Shown one piece after another: positions 18,308-28,266 of a DNA stretch of 44,509 nucleotides. The DNA is from Myxococcales bacterium (GTDB taxonomy: Bacteria; Myxococcota_A; Polyangia; Polyangiales; JAFGIB01), in assembly GCA_028817855.1 (NCBI GenBank), contig JAPPOT010000104.1, positions 1-44,509 of the forward strand. Reading direction: 5' to 3'. How positions within the stretch are numbered: the stretch's first letter is position 1; each line of letters begins with the position of its first letter. The position numbers were made by a program, and so were the translations under genes. The notes below the pieces were generated by a model. The model made no database searches. It was not told where the DNA came from and saw nothing but the letters and a program-made list of their open reading frames with translations.

Positions 18308-19357
18308 CTACGGGGCCGCCAGCGTGACGCGGCAGCCGCCGTTCTGGATGACGCCGCCCACGCTCGCGCAATCATTGCCCCCTAGGGCGTTGCAGCTGTA
18401 GCTATTCGTTCCGCCAGGCACTCCGGAGAGCACCGTGGTGCAGTACTCGGTCCCGGGATCGCAGCGCATCGGCCCACACACGAAGTCGCCCGGCACGAGG
18501 CAGCTGACCAGCGCCGCGGACTGGCACTGGCCCGCGGCGTCGCAGAGCTTCAGGTCGGCGGTCTCCACACAGCCCGTGTCCGCCGGATCGCACACGGTGC
18601 ACGTGTCGCCGCAGGTCTTGCCGGCACAGGGTTGGTAGCAATCCTTGGGGCAGCCCTCGGCCGCGGGGACACACTGGGGCGTACCGCACTGGTCGCAGCA
18701 CAGAGTACCCGCCTGGCAGAGGATGACGGCGCAGCCGGGGCCGGGGTTGATCGGCACCACGTCGGGGTCGCCATCGCCGTCGCCGTCTCCACTCGCGTCG
18801 CCATCGCCGTCGCCGCCGGGCGCGCCCGCCCCGCCCATCGGGATTTCGCCATCGCCACCGCTGCCCGGGTCGCCGCCATCGCCTCCGGCGCTGCCCACGT
18901 CCTCGCCATCGCCACCCGGAGCGCCAGCGCCATCGTCGGGCACGCCCTCTCCAGTGGCCGGTGCCGGAGGCGCGCCGCTGGAGGCCGACACGCACATGCC
19001 GTCGCGGCAGCTGCGGTTGCTGGCCGCTGCCAGGCACTGGGCGTCCTCGTCGCACAGCTCCGCGCAGATGGCGGCCACGGTCGGCGCTGATCCACAGGCC
19101 AGCGAGAGATCCGTCGCGGTGGGCGCACAGCTGGCCCCGCTCTGGCTGCAGCCCTGTCCGGGCTCGCAGGCGACCGTGCACACGCCACACAGGCACTCGA
19201 GACCAGCTCCGCACTGGTCGCTGCCCGTGCACATCGACAGCCAGTTGGTCTCGCCCCCGAGGGTCTGGGGAGCGCCGTCGTCGTCGCCGCAGGCGAGCAC
19301 GCAGGCGAGGGACAGCAGGCAGGCAAGCCAAAGCCAATCACGCAAGCTCATCGTCAT
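18308..19357 (-). CDS. Cys-rich lipoprotein with GGETNWL N-terminal module and GD linker
   Basis: ACVLA-C lipobox; GGETNWLSMC..CLCGVCT; many Cys; overlaps the upstream gene by 20 nt. Confidence 0.8.
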   Translation of the reverse strand: MTMSLRDWLWLACLLSLACVLACGDDDGAPQTLGGETNWLSMCTGSDQCGAGLECLCGVCTVACEPGQGCSQSGASCAPTATDLSLACGSAPTVAAICAELCDEDAQCLAAASNRSCRDGMCVSASSGAPPAPATGEGVPDDGAGAPGGDGEDVGSAGGDGGDPGSGGDGEIPMGGAGAPGGDGDGDASGDGDGDGDPDVVPINPGPGCAVILCQAGTLCCDQCGTPQCVPAAEGCPKDCYQPCAGKTCGDTCTVCDPADTGCVETADLKLCDAAGQCQSAALVSCLVPGDFVCGPMRCDPGTEYCTTVLSGVPGGTNSYSCNALGGNDCASVGGVIQNGGCRVTLAAP

Positions 19358-20345
19358 CTCCCTCTTCTTCGAGCACCGTCTGTCCGACGTAGGCGATCAC
19401 CCGCCGCGGTGTTGCATCCTGCGGCCGTGCGGCCGTCTCGTTGTGACGCTCCACCTCCGCGCGCAGCGCCACGGTCTGCCGCCGCAGCGTGCGCAGCAGG
19501 CCCATCACCTCCGCCTCGTGGGGGTGGCCCGGCCACACATCGAAGTGATAAGTGCTGCCGCCGATGGCATCGTCGAGCTCTGCACGGGACTGGCCCCGTC
19601 GCAGCTTGGCGACCATCGCGGTCACCATCGCCTGGTAGTGGTCAAAGAGCGCCGCCTGCCAGCCGGCCGTGTCCCCCGCAGCTACGAAAATGCGCTCGGC
19701 CCGATAGCGCGCCTGCTCACCCTCGCCCTCACGCTGCAGCCGACCATCGGCCAGTAGCGCCTCGAGCACGGACTCCAGCTGAGCCTCCGCCAGCGGCACG
19801 AGCTCGACCAGCTCATCCTGACTCACGGGTCCGTGGCGGTGCACGGCTACCAGCAGAATCAGCGCGCGTGCCTCGGCCGCTTCGCCCTCCTCAAGTCCGG
19901 CCTCGGCGTCCTCACCCGCCGCCCGATAGGACGTCTGGTCCCCACGCCCCATCTGGTAGACCAGCCTCGACTCGACCAGATCCCGCAGGACGCTGCGCAC
20001 GACGACGCCATCGTCCCGACTGAAGCGCTGGAGCACGTCCCCGCGGAGCACCGTCCCCTGGTGCTCCACGTACGAGAGCACCGCCTCCCAGAGCGAGCGC
20101 CCGGATTCGGTGCTGCTCTCCTGCAGGCGCGCCATCCGGTGATGGTAGGTCCGCAGCGCCATGCCGAACATGTCGGCGATCACCTTGTTGCCGAGGCCCT
20201 GGGCCTTGAGCTCCGAGACCAGGTTGGCGAAGACCTGGTTCGCCACCCGCGACAGGGGCGTGCGATTGCCCGCGGAGGTGGCGAGGGCGGCCAGCAGCAC
20301 GGTGGTCTGGCGCACCAGGGCATCGATCAGCAGCGTGGTGTTCAT
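19338..20345 (-). CDS. Conserved hypothetical multi-HTH/winged-helix protein, probable regulator
   Basis: KVIADMFGMALRTY (HTH-like), VRSVLRDLVESRLV and LESVLEALLADGRL (wHTH-like); strong codon bias. Confidence 0.7.
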   Translation of the reverse strand: MNTTLLIDALVRQTTVLLAALATSAGNRTPLSRVANQVFANLVSELKAQGLGNKVIADMFGMALRTYHHRMARLQESSTESGRSLWEAVLSYVEHQGTVLRGDVLQRFSRDDGVVVRSVLRDLVESRLVYQMGRGDQTSYRAAGEDAEAGLEEGEAAEARALILLVAVHRHGPVSQDELVELVPLAEAQLESVLEALLADGRLQREGEGEQARYRAERIFVAAGDTAGWQAALFDHYQAMVTAMVAKLRRGQSRAELDDAIGGSTYHFDVWPGHPHEAEVMGLLRTLRRQTVALRAEVERHNETAARPQDATPRRVIAYVGQTVLEEEGDDDELA

Positions 20346-20464
20346 GGCCGTTTCAGATGACTTACGCCAGCCCGAGGCGGGCGCCTAGTGACAGATCTTG
20401 CACGTTTCGGGCCGGGCGGTCGCTGGGCGCTGGCTCCGAGCGACAAGGTGCGTACGTGGCGTCC

Positions 20465-21244
20465 ATGGATGCCCTCCAGATCAACGTGTCCGAGCATATG
20501 AACCCGGCGGTCTACACCGTCTCCATCAGCGCGACCTCCGAGGAGATCGACCTGGAGATGTCGGCCCGGGGCGTCTCCGGCCTGATCGTCGTGGACGACG
20601 ACTCACGCCCAGTGGGCGTGGTCACGCGCACCGATCTGCTGGCCAGGGGCCGGGCGCTCCACGCCCCCGGGGGCGAGCGCAGCAACAAGCTCAACGAGCG
20701 CCTGACCGCGCGCGAGCTCTTCAGCGCCGACCCCGTCAGCATCTCGGGCGCAGCCTCCCTGCGCGAAGCGGCGCGCCTGATGGCCAAGCGCGACGTGCAT
20801 CGGCTGATGGTGGTCAAGGGTGAGGATCCGGTGGGCATGCTCAGCGTCAACGACCTGCTCAAGGTGGTCAGCGAGAGCCGCATCGAGACGCCCATCTCGG
20901 AGTACGCCTCCGACACCATCGCCCATGTGGCCCCCGACGACCGCATCGCCTACGCGATGGATCGACTGCAGGCGGCCGGCGTGCGCGGATTGGTAGTGAT
21001 GGTGGACGGCTGGCCCGTCGGCAGCTTCGCCCAGGTCGAGGCGCTGGCCGCACAGGACGCCGGCAATGATGCGGTGGTGGAGCACTGGATGAACCCGGGC
21101 GTGGTGTCGATCCCGGAGACGACCCCACTGCACCACGCCGCCGCCCAGGCAGTCGCGATGCACACCCCGCTGATCATCTCACTCGACGACCGAACGCCCA
21201 AGGGCGTGCTGACCGCCACAGACATGCTCTACGCACTGATGTAG
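20465..21244 (+). CDS. CBS-domain protein (two Bateman modules)
   Basis: PVGVVTRTDLL, PVGMLSVNDLL, PVGSF and PKGVLTATDM repeats. Confidence 0.88.
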   Translation: MDALQINVSEHMNPAVYTVSISATSEEIDLEMSARGVSGLIVVDDDSRPVGVVTRTDLLARGRALHAPGGERSNKLNERLTARELFSADPVSISGAASLREAARLMAKRDVHRLMVVKGEDPVGMLSVNDLLKVVSESRIETPISEYASDTIAHVAPDDRIAYAMDRLQAAGVRGLVVMVDGWPVGSFAQVEALAAQDAGNDAVVEHWMNPGVVSIPETTPLHHAAAQAVAMHTPLIISLDDRTPKGVLTATDMLYALM

Positions 21245-21453
21245 CGCACCGGCCCCTGGACTGGCGACAGCTGGGTACCGGCGGCCCCGAAGAACGCGCA
21301 CGGGTACGCGCTCAGCTCGGCGACGTAGTGCGCCGGCGTACCCCAGCGCCGCAGCTGGGCCCAGCGCAGGTCGCGCGCACGGAAGCGCGCAAGCGATCAC
21401 CCCCGAGGGCCGCGGGATTTCGTTTCACGCCGGCGCGACCGCCGATCGGACGA

Positions 21454-22731
21454 TCACTCCTCGACCATCTCGGCGTTGCAGAGCCGGAGCGCAACGGGAC
21501 AGTCCAGGCGCTGCAGGTGGGCGTGGTTGTCGTCGGTGTCGCTCCACGCGAGGACAACGTGTCCATCGTCGGTGGCGACCAGATCGGTCGGCCCGCCGGC
21601 CCGGCTGGTCGGCGTCACCTCGCCTTCGTAGACGATCTCGCCCGTGGCGGTCATGAAGGCGATGCGGATCGCGTTGTGCGGGAAGTCGCGCGAGGTGAGA
21701 GATCGGTAGCTGAGCGCGTAGCCCCTGCCGAAGGGGACGATCGCGACGTCGCGCAACACGGCGGGGGGGTGCTGCACGGAGCGCGGCTCGAGCATCACGT
21801 CTCCGTCGAGCCCGAACGGCCGGTAGCGCACCAGCTCGGCGTCCTCCACGCGATAGCTGTAGGCGACGGCCCCGCTCTCCTCCCCCGAGGCGATGTCGAA
21901 GGCCCCGCTCACGGTGTCGGCCAGGACGACCGGCTCGTCGTCTTCCAGCGCGTGCATGGACAGCGTGTCGCCGCTGGACCACGCCAGCCACACGCTCTCG
22001 CGGAGCAGCGCTAGCGCGGCGTGCTGCACTGGATCGGAATCGACCAGCAGGTCGCGATAACTGACGTCGGCCGGGTCGTCATGTGGGTACTGGGCGAGCG
22101 TGAGGCCGTCGTCGCCCTGCACGGTCAGGTGGATGCTGCCATTGGCGGCGAGCATGCTGGTCGTGCGGCCGCTTGGGCTGGTGTCCAGCGGCGCGGGCGC
22201 TTCAACCGACTCGCCCTCGAGGTCGACCCGTTCCACGTGCAGCTCGCCCTCGCGCCAGAAGCTCAGCGCAAAGCCATCGTCGACCGCCACGATGCGCACG
22301 CCCGAGGAGCCCTCGGAGCCCTCCTCGCGCACGCCCGGCTCCGCGGCGCCCGAGAGGGACAGCAGCCGAAAGGCTCGCTCACCGATGTCATCGTGGTACG
22401 CGAGGGCCATCGTGCCGCCGTTCTGGGCGAGGCTGACCCCCGTGGCGCCGGTGCTCGCAGGGAAGGCCATCGAGTCGTCGTCCTCATAGGTGCAGAGAGT
22501 CTCGCCGGAGAGATCGACCAGGACGTTCGCGCCCTGGGGCACGGGCACGGGCACGGCGGCGTCCGGCTCGTCCGTGCCTCCGCGCGTGGGCACCCGGTCC
22601 CCGCCACTGGGGACGGGCGCCATCTTCTCGTCATCCCCCCCACACGCGAGCAAACCCACCGCGAGCCCCACGGCCGCCACCGCAGCCCAGCAGCCACTCG
22701 GGATCGATCGTGGTGACTTGAACGTGCTCAC
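21454..22731 (-). CDS. Lipoprotein, probable beta-propeller
   Basis: GLLA-C lipobox; repeated blades MALAYHD, FALSFWRE, VWLAWSS, YALSY, VVLAWSD. Confidence 0.7.
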   Translation of the reverse strand: MSTFKSPRSIPSGCWAAVAAVGLAVGLLACGGDDEKMAPVPSGGDRVPTRGGTDEPDAAVPVPVPQGANVLVDLSGETLCTYEDDDSMAFPASTGATGVSLAQNGGTMALAYHDDIGERAFRLLSLSGAAEPGVREEGSEGSSGVRIVAVDDGFALSFWREGELHVERVDLEGESVEAPAPLDTSPSGRTTSMLAANGSIHLTVQGDDGLTLAQYPHDDPADVSYRDLLVDSDPVQHAALALLRESVWLAWSSGDTLSMHALEDDEPVVLADTVSGAFDIASGEESGAVAYSYRVEDAELVRYRPFGLDGDVMLEPRSVQHPPAVLRDVAIVPFGRGYALSYRSLTSRDFPHNAIRIAFMTATGEIVYEGEVTPTSRAGGPTDLVATDDGHVVLAWSDTDDNHAHLQRLDCPVALRLCNAEMVEE

Positions 22732-22747
22732 GGCGTACTCCCCATGG

Positions 22748-25700
22748 TCAGTCCGGGATCTCGCAGGTGTAGGTCACGTCCCAGTAGTCTAGCGTGGGTG
22801 CCGCCGTGCGCGCAGAGTTCGCTCGCAGGTCGATGGCGTAGCGAGTCCACGGGAGTCCGAGCTCACTGGTGGGGAATACGGTGGCGATGTCGGGCGAGCC
22901 GTCCGTGCCCACGCAGATGCCGTTCTGGCACTGCAGCCCGGCTGGGCACTCCGGGTCCATCGTGCACGTCACGGACGAGCTGAAATGGATGCACACGTCG
23001 TTCGGCGTGATGTTCGGCAACGTGTCCGCGCAGACCGTGCTGGACGAGCAGCCGCCGCTGCACAGCCCCATCGCGCCGACGATCACGACGGCGTTCACGC
23101 TACAGCCGGCGAGCTGCGCCTCGGTGCCGGCAGCGCACGCGCCGACCCAAATCGAGGTCCCGTCGGGCACGTGGGCCTTCATGTACAGGCCCTGCCAGTC
23201 GGGCCGAAGATCGTCGGGACAGGCCCGCGCCTCGAGCGTCTGCAGGTAGGTGCCATCCTCGGGGACCTGCGGGTCCAGATCGCCGTTGGGTACGAGCAGG
23301 ACCGGCACCTCCTCCAGAAGGTAGGTGGGCCCGCCGGCCACACCGGGCGTGTTGCCGACCATCTGGAGCACGAAGGCGTAGGCACCGTCGGCCCGCGAGG
23401 GGTTGTCCGGTACGTTCCCCGGCACCGGCGGGTTTTCGAATGTGATAGCGAAGCTGGGCATCTCGCCCGCCTGACAGCGCAGGTAGGTGGTCCCGCTGAC
23501 GCCGTCGCACAGGGTCGCATCGTCGGGCGCGATGGTCGTGGTGAACGGATTCGGATCGAGGCTCGGATCGGTGGACTGGTCCACCACCTGCCAGGTCACG
23601 TCGAGCGCGTAGTGCTGCGCCAGGTCGTTGATGCCCGCCATCACCTGAGTGCCGAGGTCCGAGCCGTCGGCCTGACCGACGTAGCTCAGGGGCTGCATGC
23701 CGGTTCCCGGGTCGACCTCCGCCCGACTCGCAGTGGCGAGCGCATCCGCGTCGCTCCTGGCGGCCGTGCAGTCCGCGCCGCTGCCGCTGCAGCTGACGAC
23801 GCTGGCCACGCGCACATCCTCGGCGTTGAGCGCAGACAGGGCGTCGGCGTAGGTCGGCGGCGTGTACGAGAACGGCGTAGGCTCGTCGCCCACGAGCAGA
23901 CGGTAGTCGCCCTGCTCACCTGCTCCACCGCCCTTGACCACCGCATAGTAGGTGCCATTGCCGAGGTCGTACTGGCTGATCTCCGAGTGGGTGACGCTAC
24001 CGCTGGCGTCGTCGTTGCAGGTCAGGCGCGCGTCGTCCTCGGCATCGCGGATGCGCAGGTTGTACGCGCCGCTCTCGCCTGAACCCTTGCCCTTGACCAC
24101 GATGTAGTAGGTGCCGGGGTCCAAGGGACCCGTGCTGATGCTCGAACGCACGCCATCGGCAGCACCGTCGTCGTCGCAAGCCACGCGCTGCACGGACCCG
24201 GCAACGACGTTACCACCGTTGTTCAAGACGTCCTGCCCCTCCGGGTTGGCGCAGACCGCCGGAGAGTTGTTCTCGCAGAACGACCGACAGCCCGTGTCCC
24301 CGGCCTCGCCCTCGAGGCAGATGCACGCGGCGTTGCTGCTGCAATCGAGCCCGACGTCGATCGTGGACGGGTCGCGCCGAAGGACGCAGAGGGAGTCGTC
24401 GTCGCAGTCGCTGGAGCCCTTGCCGCAGTCCGAGTTGCTGCCGCACTCGATCTGCAGCGTGGCGTCGTCATTGACGTCGAACTCGCCGATCTCGCCGTTG
24501 TTGTGCACCATGTAGCAGAAGGAGTTGCCCTCGCAGTTGATGTCGGTGTCGTCGTGCGAGGGCGCCGTGGGTCCGAAGTCGAAGCCACACTTGGTGTTGT
24601 CCTCGCAGTACATCGAGTCGAACTCGACCGAACCCGCTGCGATGACCTGGACATAGAAGGTCGAGTCTCCGCGGACGTTGACGTTGTCGAGCCTCACCGT
24701 CTGGCCCGGCGCGTTGATGACGAAGACACAGGTCGAGCCGTTGAGGCAATCCACGTCGTCGAGGCGCGGGTTGCTGCCGGTGAGGTAGAAGCCGCACCAC
24801 CCGTTCGGCGAGCCGCTGTCGCACGCCCAGTCCTGATTGCACGACCCGCCGTTGCACAACACGCCGTCGCCGTTGCGGTTCCAGTCGTTCCAGCCCTCCT
24901 CGAAGAACTCGTCGTAGGGCACCCAGCCCGTCCACGACGTGGCGACGGGCTCCACGTGGTCCCGGAACAGCGCGATCACCGTGTCGAAGCTGCTGCCCAC
25001 GGTGTCGATCGTCAGGTCGGCACCGGAGGCGCCCACCTCGAATTGGTAAACGGCGTCTGGAGCGCTGGAGTCGTTGCCGAGGCAGCCCATCAAGTTGGAG
25101 CCGACCTCGTTGCCGAGGCCGCTGCTGTTCGCGCCGCTGAGGCTGAGGTCGTAGCCACCGATCTCGGTGCCGGCGGCCGGCAGCTCGAAGCCCTGGACCT
25201 CGGTGTCGGTCAGCGAGTTGTTCGCGATCGGGACCGTCACCGACGTCAGGATGATCGGCAGGTCGTCGTGCAAGGAGACGACCGTGTCGAAGCTAGAGCC
25301 CTCGGTGCTGAGCGTGATCGGCGTGGTGGCGCCGGCGGCCAGACCGGAGATCGTGAGCTCGTGAACGATGTCACCGCTCGTTCCGTCGGCATCGCAGCTC
25401 ACCACACTCGCGGGAAGGGTCGCGGCGCTGGTCGTGCCGAGGTACTCGGTCCAGGTCGTGGTCACATCGCCCAGGTCCTTCGGGTCGACGAAGGTCCCGG
25501 CGCCCGACTGGGCCGTGAGGTCGACGCTCGTGCTCGGCGGTATTGGAGCCTGGAGCGACGCGGCGTAGTCGTAGCCAGCGGTCGGACCATTGTGGAGCGG
25601 ACGGTCGGTGAGCACCACGACGAGCGCGACCGCGTCATCGCGAAAGCACGGGTAGCCGCGCGTCCCACTCGGGCAATCGGTGCGCGCGGCCAGACTCGGG

Positions 25701-26692
25701 TTGCCCGGCCCCACGTCGAAACCGTCCTGCGTGGCGAGCGCTTCGAGCGCGACGATCTGTGACGTCGCCACATCACCGAAGGACGTGAGGTCCTCGGTGC
25801 CCAGACCGGAGAGCGCGCTCTCGGTCAGCACGCCGTCGGCGTCCATATCCTGGACGTGGGAAAAGGCAACCTGGCCCGCGCCCGCATGGGGCGAGAACGG
25901 GATCTCGCGGAAGTAGCCCGCGCCAAACCAGGGGTCCCGGGCGACACAGCGGACGCCTTCGATCAAGCCGGTTCCGTGGGCGTCCGGCGAGCCATCTCCA
26001 TCACGGTCTACGCAGGTGTTGGCACCGACGTAGTCGGTGGCGCTGGTCAGCTCGGCGGTCAGGGCCGCGAGCTCCTGCGACATCGAGTCCTCGAGGTCGA
26101 TCAGGAAGTAGACGTCGACCTTGTTCAGGCTCACGGGGAGCGAGTCGAGCAACGTCGTGACCTGCTCGCCGGGGAGCAGCGTGGCGATGATCGGTGGGTT
26201 ATTGCCGCTCACCGACGGCGGCGACGTGCCCGGCGGCAGACCGTCCTCACCAGACTCGAGGGTGATCCCCATCGGATCGGCATAGATGAGGCCGCCTGTG
26301 GAGTTGCTGCCGTCCAAGGGGCCGTCGGCGGGGTCCAGGTCATCGGTCGCTTTGAAGCATCGGACGTTGCAGGTGTCGCAGTTCGGCACCCCGCCGTCTT
26401 CGTCGCGTTGGTCGTCGATCAGGGCGTGCGTGCTACCCGCCGTGTCGGCGGCGTAGGTCTGGAGATCCGTGCAGGCGCTCCAGATGCCGTCCAGGCAGTA
26501 GCGCGTGCCCTCGACGCACAGATCGGGGTCATCCTGCTCGTCCGGGAAGCAGGGCTGCTGCTGACCGTCGATGCAGCTGCAGCCTTCCTCCGGGCGCACG
26601 CAGCGACGGTCGTGGCCGTCTGCCTGGGGCTGCGGGGGCGCCTCGATGCAGGCGCCGACCAGCGTCACCAGCAACAGAGCGACCCCTCTCAT
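22748..26692 (-). CDS. Large Cys-rich surface lipoprotein with VWA domain, two PPC-like domains and a Cys-rich insert
   Basis: Start MRGVALLLVTLVGA-C; VDVYFLIDLEDSM (MIDAS-like), FGAGYFRE, PCFRDDA..VVVLTD; two SFDTV and two GTYY.VVKG motifs. Confidence 0.8.
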   Translation of the reverse strand: MRGVALLLVTLVGACIEAPPQPQADGHDRRCVRPEEGCSCIDGQQQPCFPDEQDDPDLCVEGTRYCLDGIWSACTDLQTYAADTAGSTHALIDDQRDEDGGVPNCDTCNVRCFKATDDLDPADGPLDGSNSTGGLIYADPMGITLESGEDGLPPGTSPPSVSGNNPPIIATLLPGEQVTTLLDSLPVSLNKVDVYFLIDLEDSMSQELAALTAELTSATDYVGANTCVDRDGDGSPDAHGTGLIEGVRCVARDPWFGAGYFREIPFSPHAGAGQVAFSHVQDMDADGVLTESALSGLGTEDLTSFGDVATSQIVALEALATQDGFDVGPGNPSLAARTDCPSGTRGYPCFRDDAVALVVVLTDRPLHNGPTAGYDYAASLQAPIPPSTSVDLTAQSGAGTFVDPKDLGDVTTTWTEYLGTTSAATLPASVVSCDADGTSGDIVHELTISGLAAGATTPITLSTEGSSFDTVVSLHDDLPIILTSVTVPIANNSLTDTEVQGFELPAAGTEIGGYDLSLSGANSSGLGNEVGSNLMGCLGNDSSAPDAVYQFEVGASGADLTIDTVGSSFDTVIALFRDHVEPVATSWTGWVPYDEFFEEGWNDWNRNGDGVLCNGGSCNQDWACDSGSPNGWCGFYLTGSNPRLDDVDCLNGSTCVFVINAPGQTVRLDNVNVRGDSTFYVQVIAAGSVEFDSMYCEDNTKCGFDFGPTAPSHDDTDINCEGNSFCYMVHNNGEIGEFDVNDDATLQIECGSNSDCGKGSSDCDDDSLCVLRRDPSTIDVGLDCSSNAACICLEGEAGDTGCRSFCENNSPAVCANPEGQDVLNNGGNVVAGSVQRVACDDDGAADGVRSSISTGPLDPGTYYIVVKGKGSGESGAYNLRIRDAEDDARLTCNDDASGSVTHSEISQYDLGNGTYYAVVKGGGAGEQGDYRLLVGDEPTPFSYTPPTYADALSALNAEDVRVASVVSCSGSGADCTAARSDADALATASRAEVDPGTGMQPLSYVGQADGSDLGTQVMAGINDLAQHYALDVTWQVVDQSTDPSLDPNPFTTTIAPDDATLCDGVSGTTYLRCQAGEMPSFAITFENPPVPGNVPDNPSRADGAYAFVLQMVGNTPGVAGGPTYLLEEVPVLLVPNGDLDPQVPEDGTYLQTLEARACPDDLRPDWQGLYMKAHVPDGTSIWVGACAAGTEAQLAGCSVNAVVIVGAMGLCSGGCSSSTVCADTLPNITPNDVCIHFSSSVTCTMDPECPAGLQCQNGICVGTDGSPDIATVFPTSELGLPWTRYAIDLRANSARTAAPTLDYWDVTYTCEIPD

Positions 26693-26823
26693 GGAGCTCT
26701 CCCTCGCGCACTGCAGCCGTCGAATACCCGGCATCACCCGATGGTACGCTGACATACGGGTTCTTCGTCCGCAATGACGCGCTTCACTCTCTGCAAGCGC
26801 AGCCGACCGTTTGCGTCCCCGAG

Positions 26824-28266
26824 TCATGGCGTCCAGCACGCGTAGGTGAATGTCTCCGCATCGTCGACATCGCCGTCGGCATCGCCGTCGCGCGCAATGG
26901 AGAGCAGGTTGCCCGCGCTGTCGTACATGCGCATCTCCACAGCCACGACCGTGGTGCCATCGGCGTTCAGATCCACCTCGATGGACAGCAGTCGTCCCGC
27001 GCTGTCGTAGGTGTGGCGGGTGATGCGATCGACGGATCCATCGCCGTCTCCATCGCGCTCCTCGGTCAGCAGGCGGTCCCCGTCATCGTAGTCGTATTCG
27101 ATCATGTACACGACGTCGCCGCTGTCATCGGCGTAGTGGGTGTGGGTCGCGAGCAGCCCGCCGACGTACATGTAGACATCGCGCGACTCCAGCACGCCAT
27201 CCTCGAGCTCCTCTTCCGTGAGCAGATTGCCGTCGGCATCGTAGGTGCGCACCTCCACCGGCATGCCCGTGGCCCCCTCGTCGACCGATTCCGACTCCAA
27301 CGTTCCGCCAGCCGCATAGGTCCACGTCACCACGCGATCGGCCATGTCGTCGGCGTCCTCGTCGAGTGTATGGCTCAGCGGTCGGCCCTCGCCGTCATGG
27401 GTCCAGGTCTCGCGACGCACCACGGTGCCGGGATCGCCGAGCAAGCGCTCCTCGGTGAGCAGGTTGCCGTCGCCGTCGTAGGTGAAGACGCGCGACTCGT
27501 CGATGGGTGCGTCGCCCAGGTCGCGGTCGATCTCGATGCGCGTCAACCGGCCACTGTCGTACATGTGCGTGGTGCGCTCCTCGAATTGACCGTCCCCATC
27601 GCGATCTCGCCGAATCAGGTCGAGCCGCCCGTCGCTGTGGTAGGTCCACTCAGTGCGGTCCAGCTGCGTGCCGTCGTCCAGCACGTCGAAGACCTCGCTT
27701 AGCTTGGCGCCGGCCGCGTCGAAGGTCGTATCCAGATCGACCGTGTCGTCTGCATCCCAGTCGAGCCGGGAGCGAACCACGCGCCCCGCGTCGTCGTAGT
27801 CGGTGCGGGTGCGCTCGTCCGCGGTGCCATCCGCACCGGCAGCGCCCGAGCCGTCGCGCGAGTCCCGCTCCTCCAGCGTGACGCGGTCGGCCCCGTCGTA
27901 GCCTAGCGTCACCCGCTCGTCGATCTCGCCGTCGTTGCCGAGATCCTTCTCGTGGATGCAGGGCCCCGCGTAGAGCTCTGGATCGGGAGCTGAGGCGTCC
28001 GGAGTCTCCGCGTCTGCCGTGGAGCCGTCGCGCGGGTCGGAGCCGTCGGGGCCGGTGTCGCCCGATTGCGGGTCGCCGCCGTCCGGGCCGTCGCCGTCCC
28101 CCCCGGCGTCCATCTCGCCGCCCGGCCCATCGTCTCCGTCACCAGTGCCAGCGTCTGGACCCCCAGTGCCGACCGTGTCGGCATCACTGCTGTCGTCGCC
28201 GCACGCACCCAACAGCACGATGAACGCCAACATCAACCCGCGTCGTACACCCAAGGACCCCGCCAT
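26824..28266 (-). CDS. Lipoprotein with YD-like repeats carrying DxDxDG loops
   Basis: VLLGA-C lipobox; roughly 15 repeats of ~24 aa (YDxxGxLLxEExDxDGDGxxD). Confidence 0.8.
   Translation of the reverse strand: MAGSLGVRRGLMLAFIVLLGACGDDSSDADTVGTGGPDAGTGDGDDGPGGEMDAGGDGDGPDGGDPQSGDTGPDGSDPRDGSTADAETPDASAPDPELYAGPCIHEKDLGNDGEIDERVTLGYDGADRVTLEERDSRDGSGAAGADGTADERTRTDYDDAGRVVRSRLDWDADDTVDLDTTFDAAGAKLSEVFDVLDDGTQLDRTEWTYHSDGRLDLIRRDRDGDGQFEERTTHMYDSGRLTRIEIDRDLGDAPIDESRVFTYDGDGNLLTEERLLGDPGTVVRRETWTHDGEGRPLSHTLDEDADDMADRVVTWTYAAGGTLESESVDEGATGMPVEVRTYDADGNLLTEEELEDGVLESRDVYMYVGGLLATHTHYADDSGDVVYMIEYDYDDGDRLLTEERDGDGDGSVDRITRHTYDSAGRLLSIEVDLNADGTTVVAVEMRMYDSAGNLLSIARDGDADGDVDDAETFTYACWTP

Noticed and set aside
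26824-28266. RHS polymorphic toxin
   Set aside because: Too short, has a lipoprotein signal, and lacks the DPxG core, toxin tip and immunity gene
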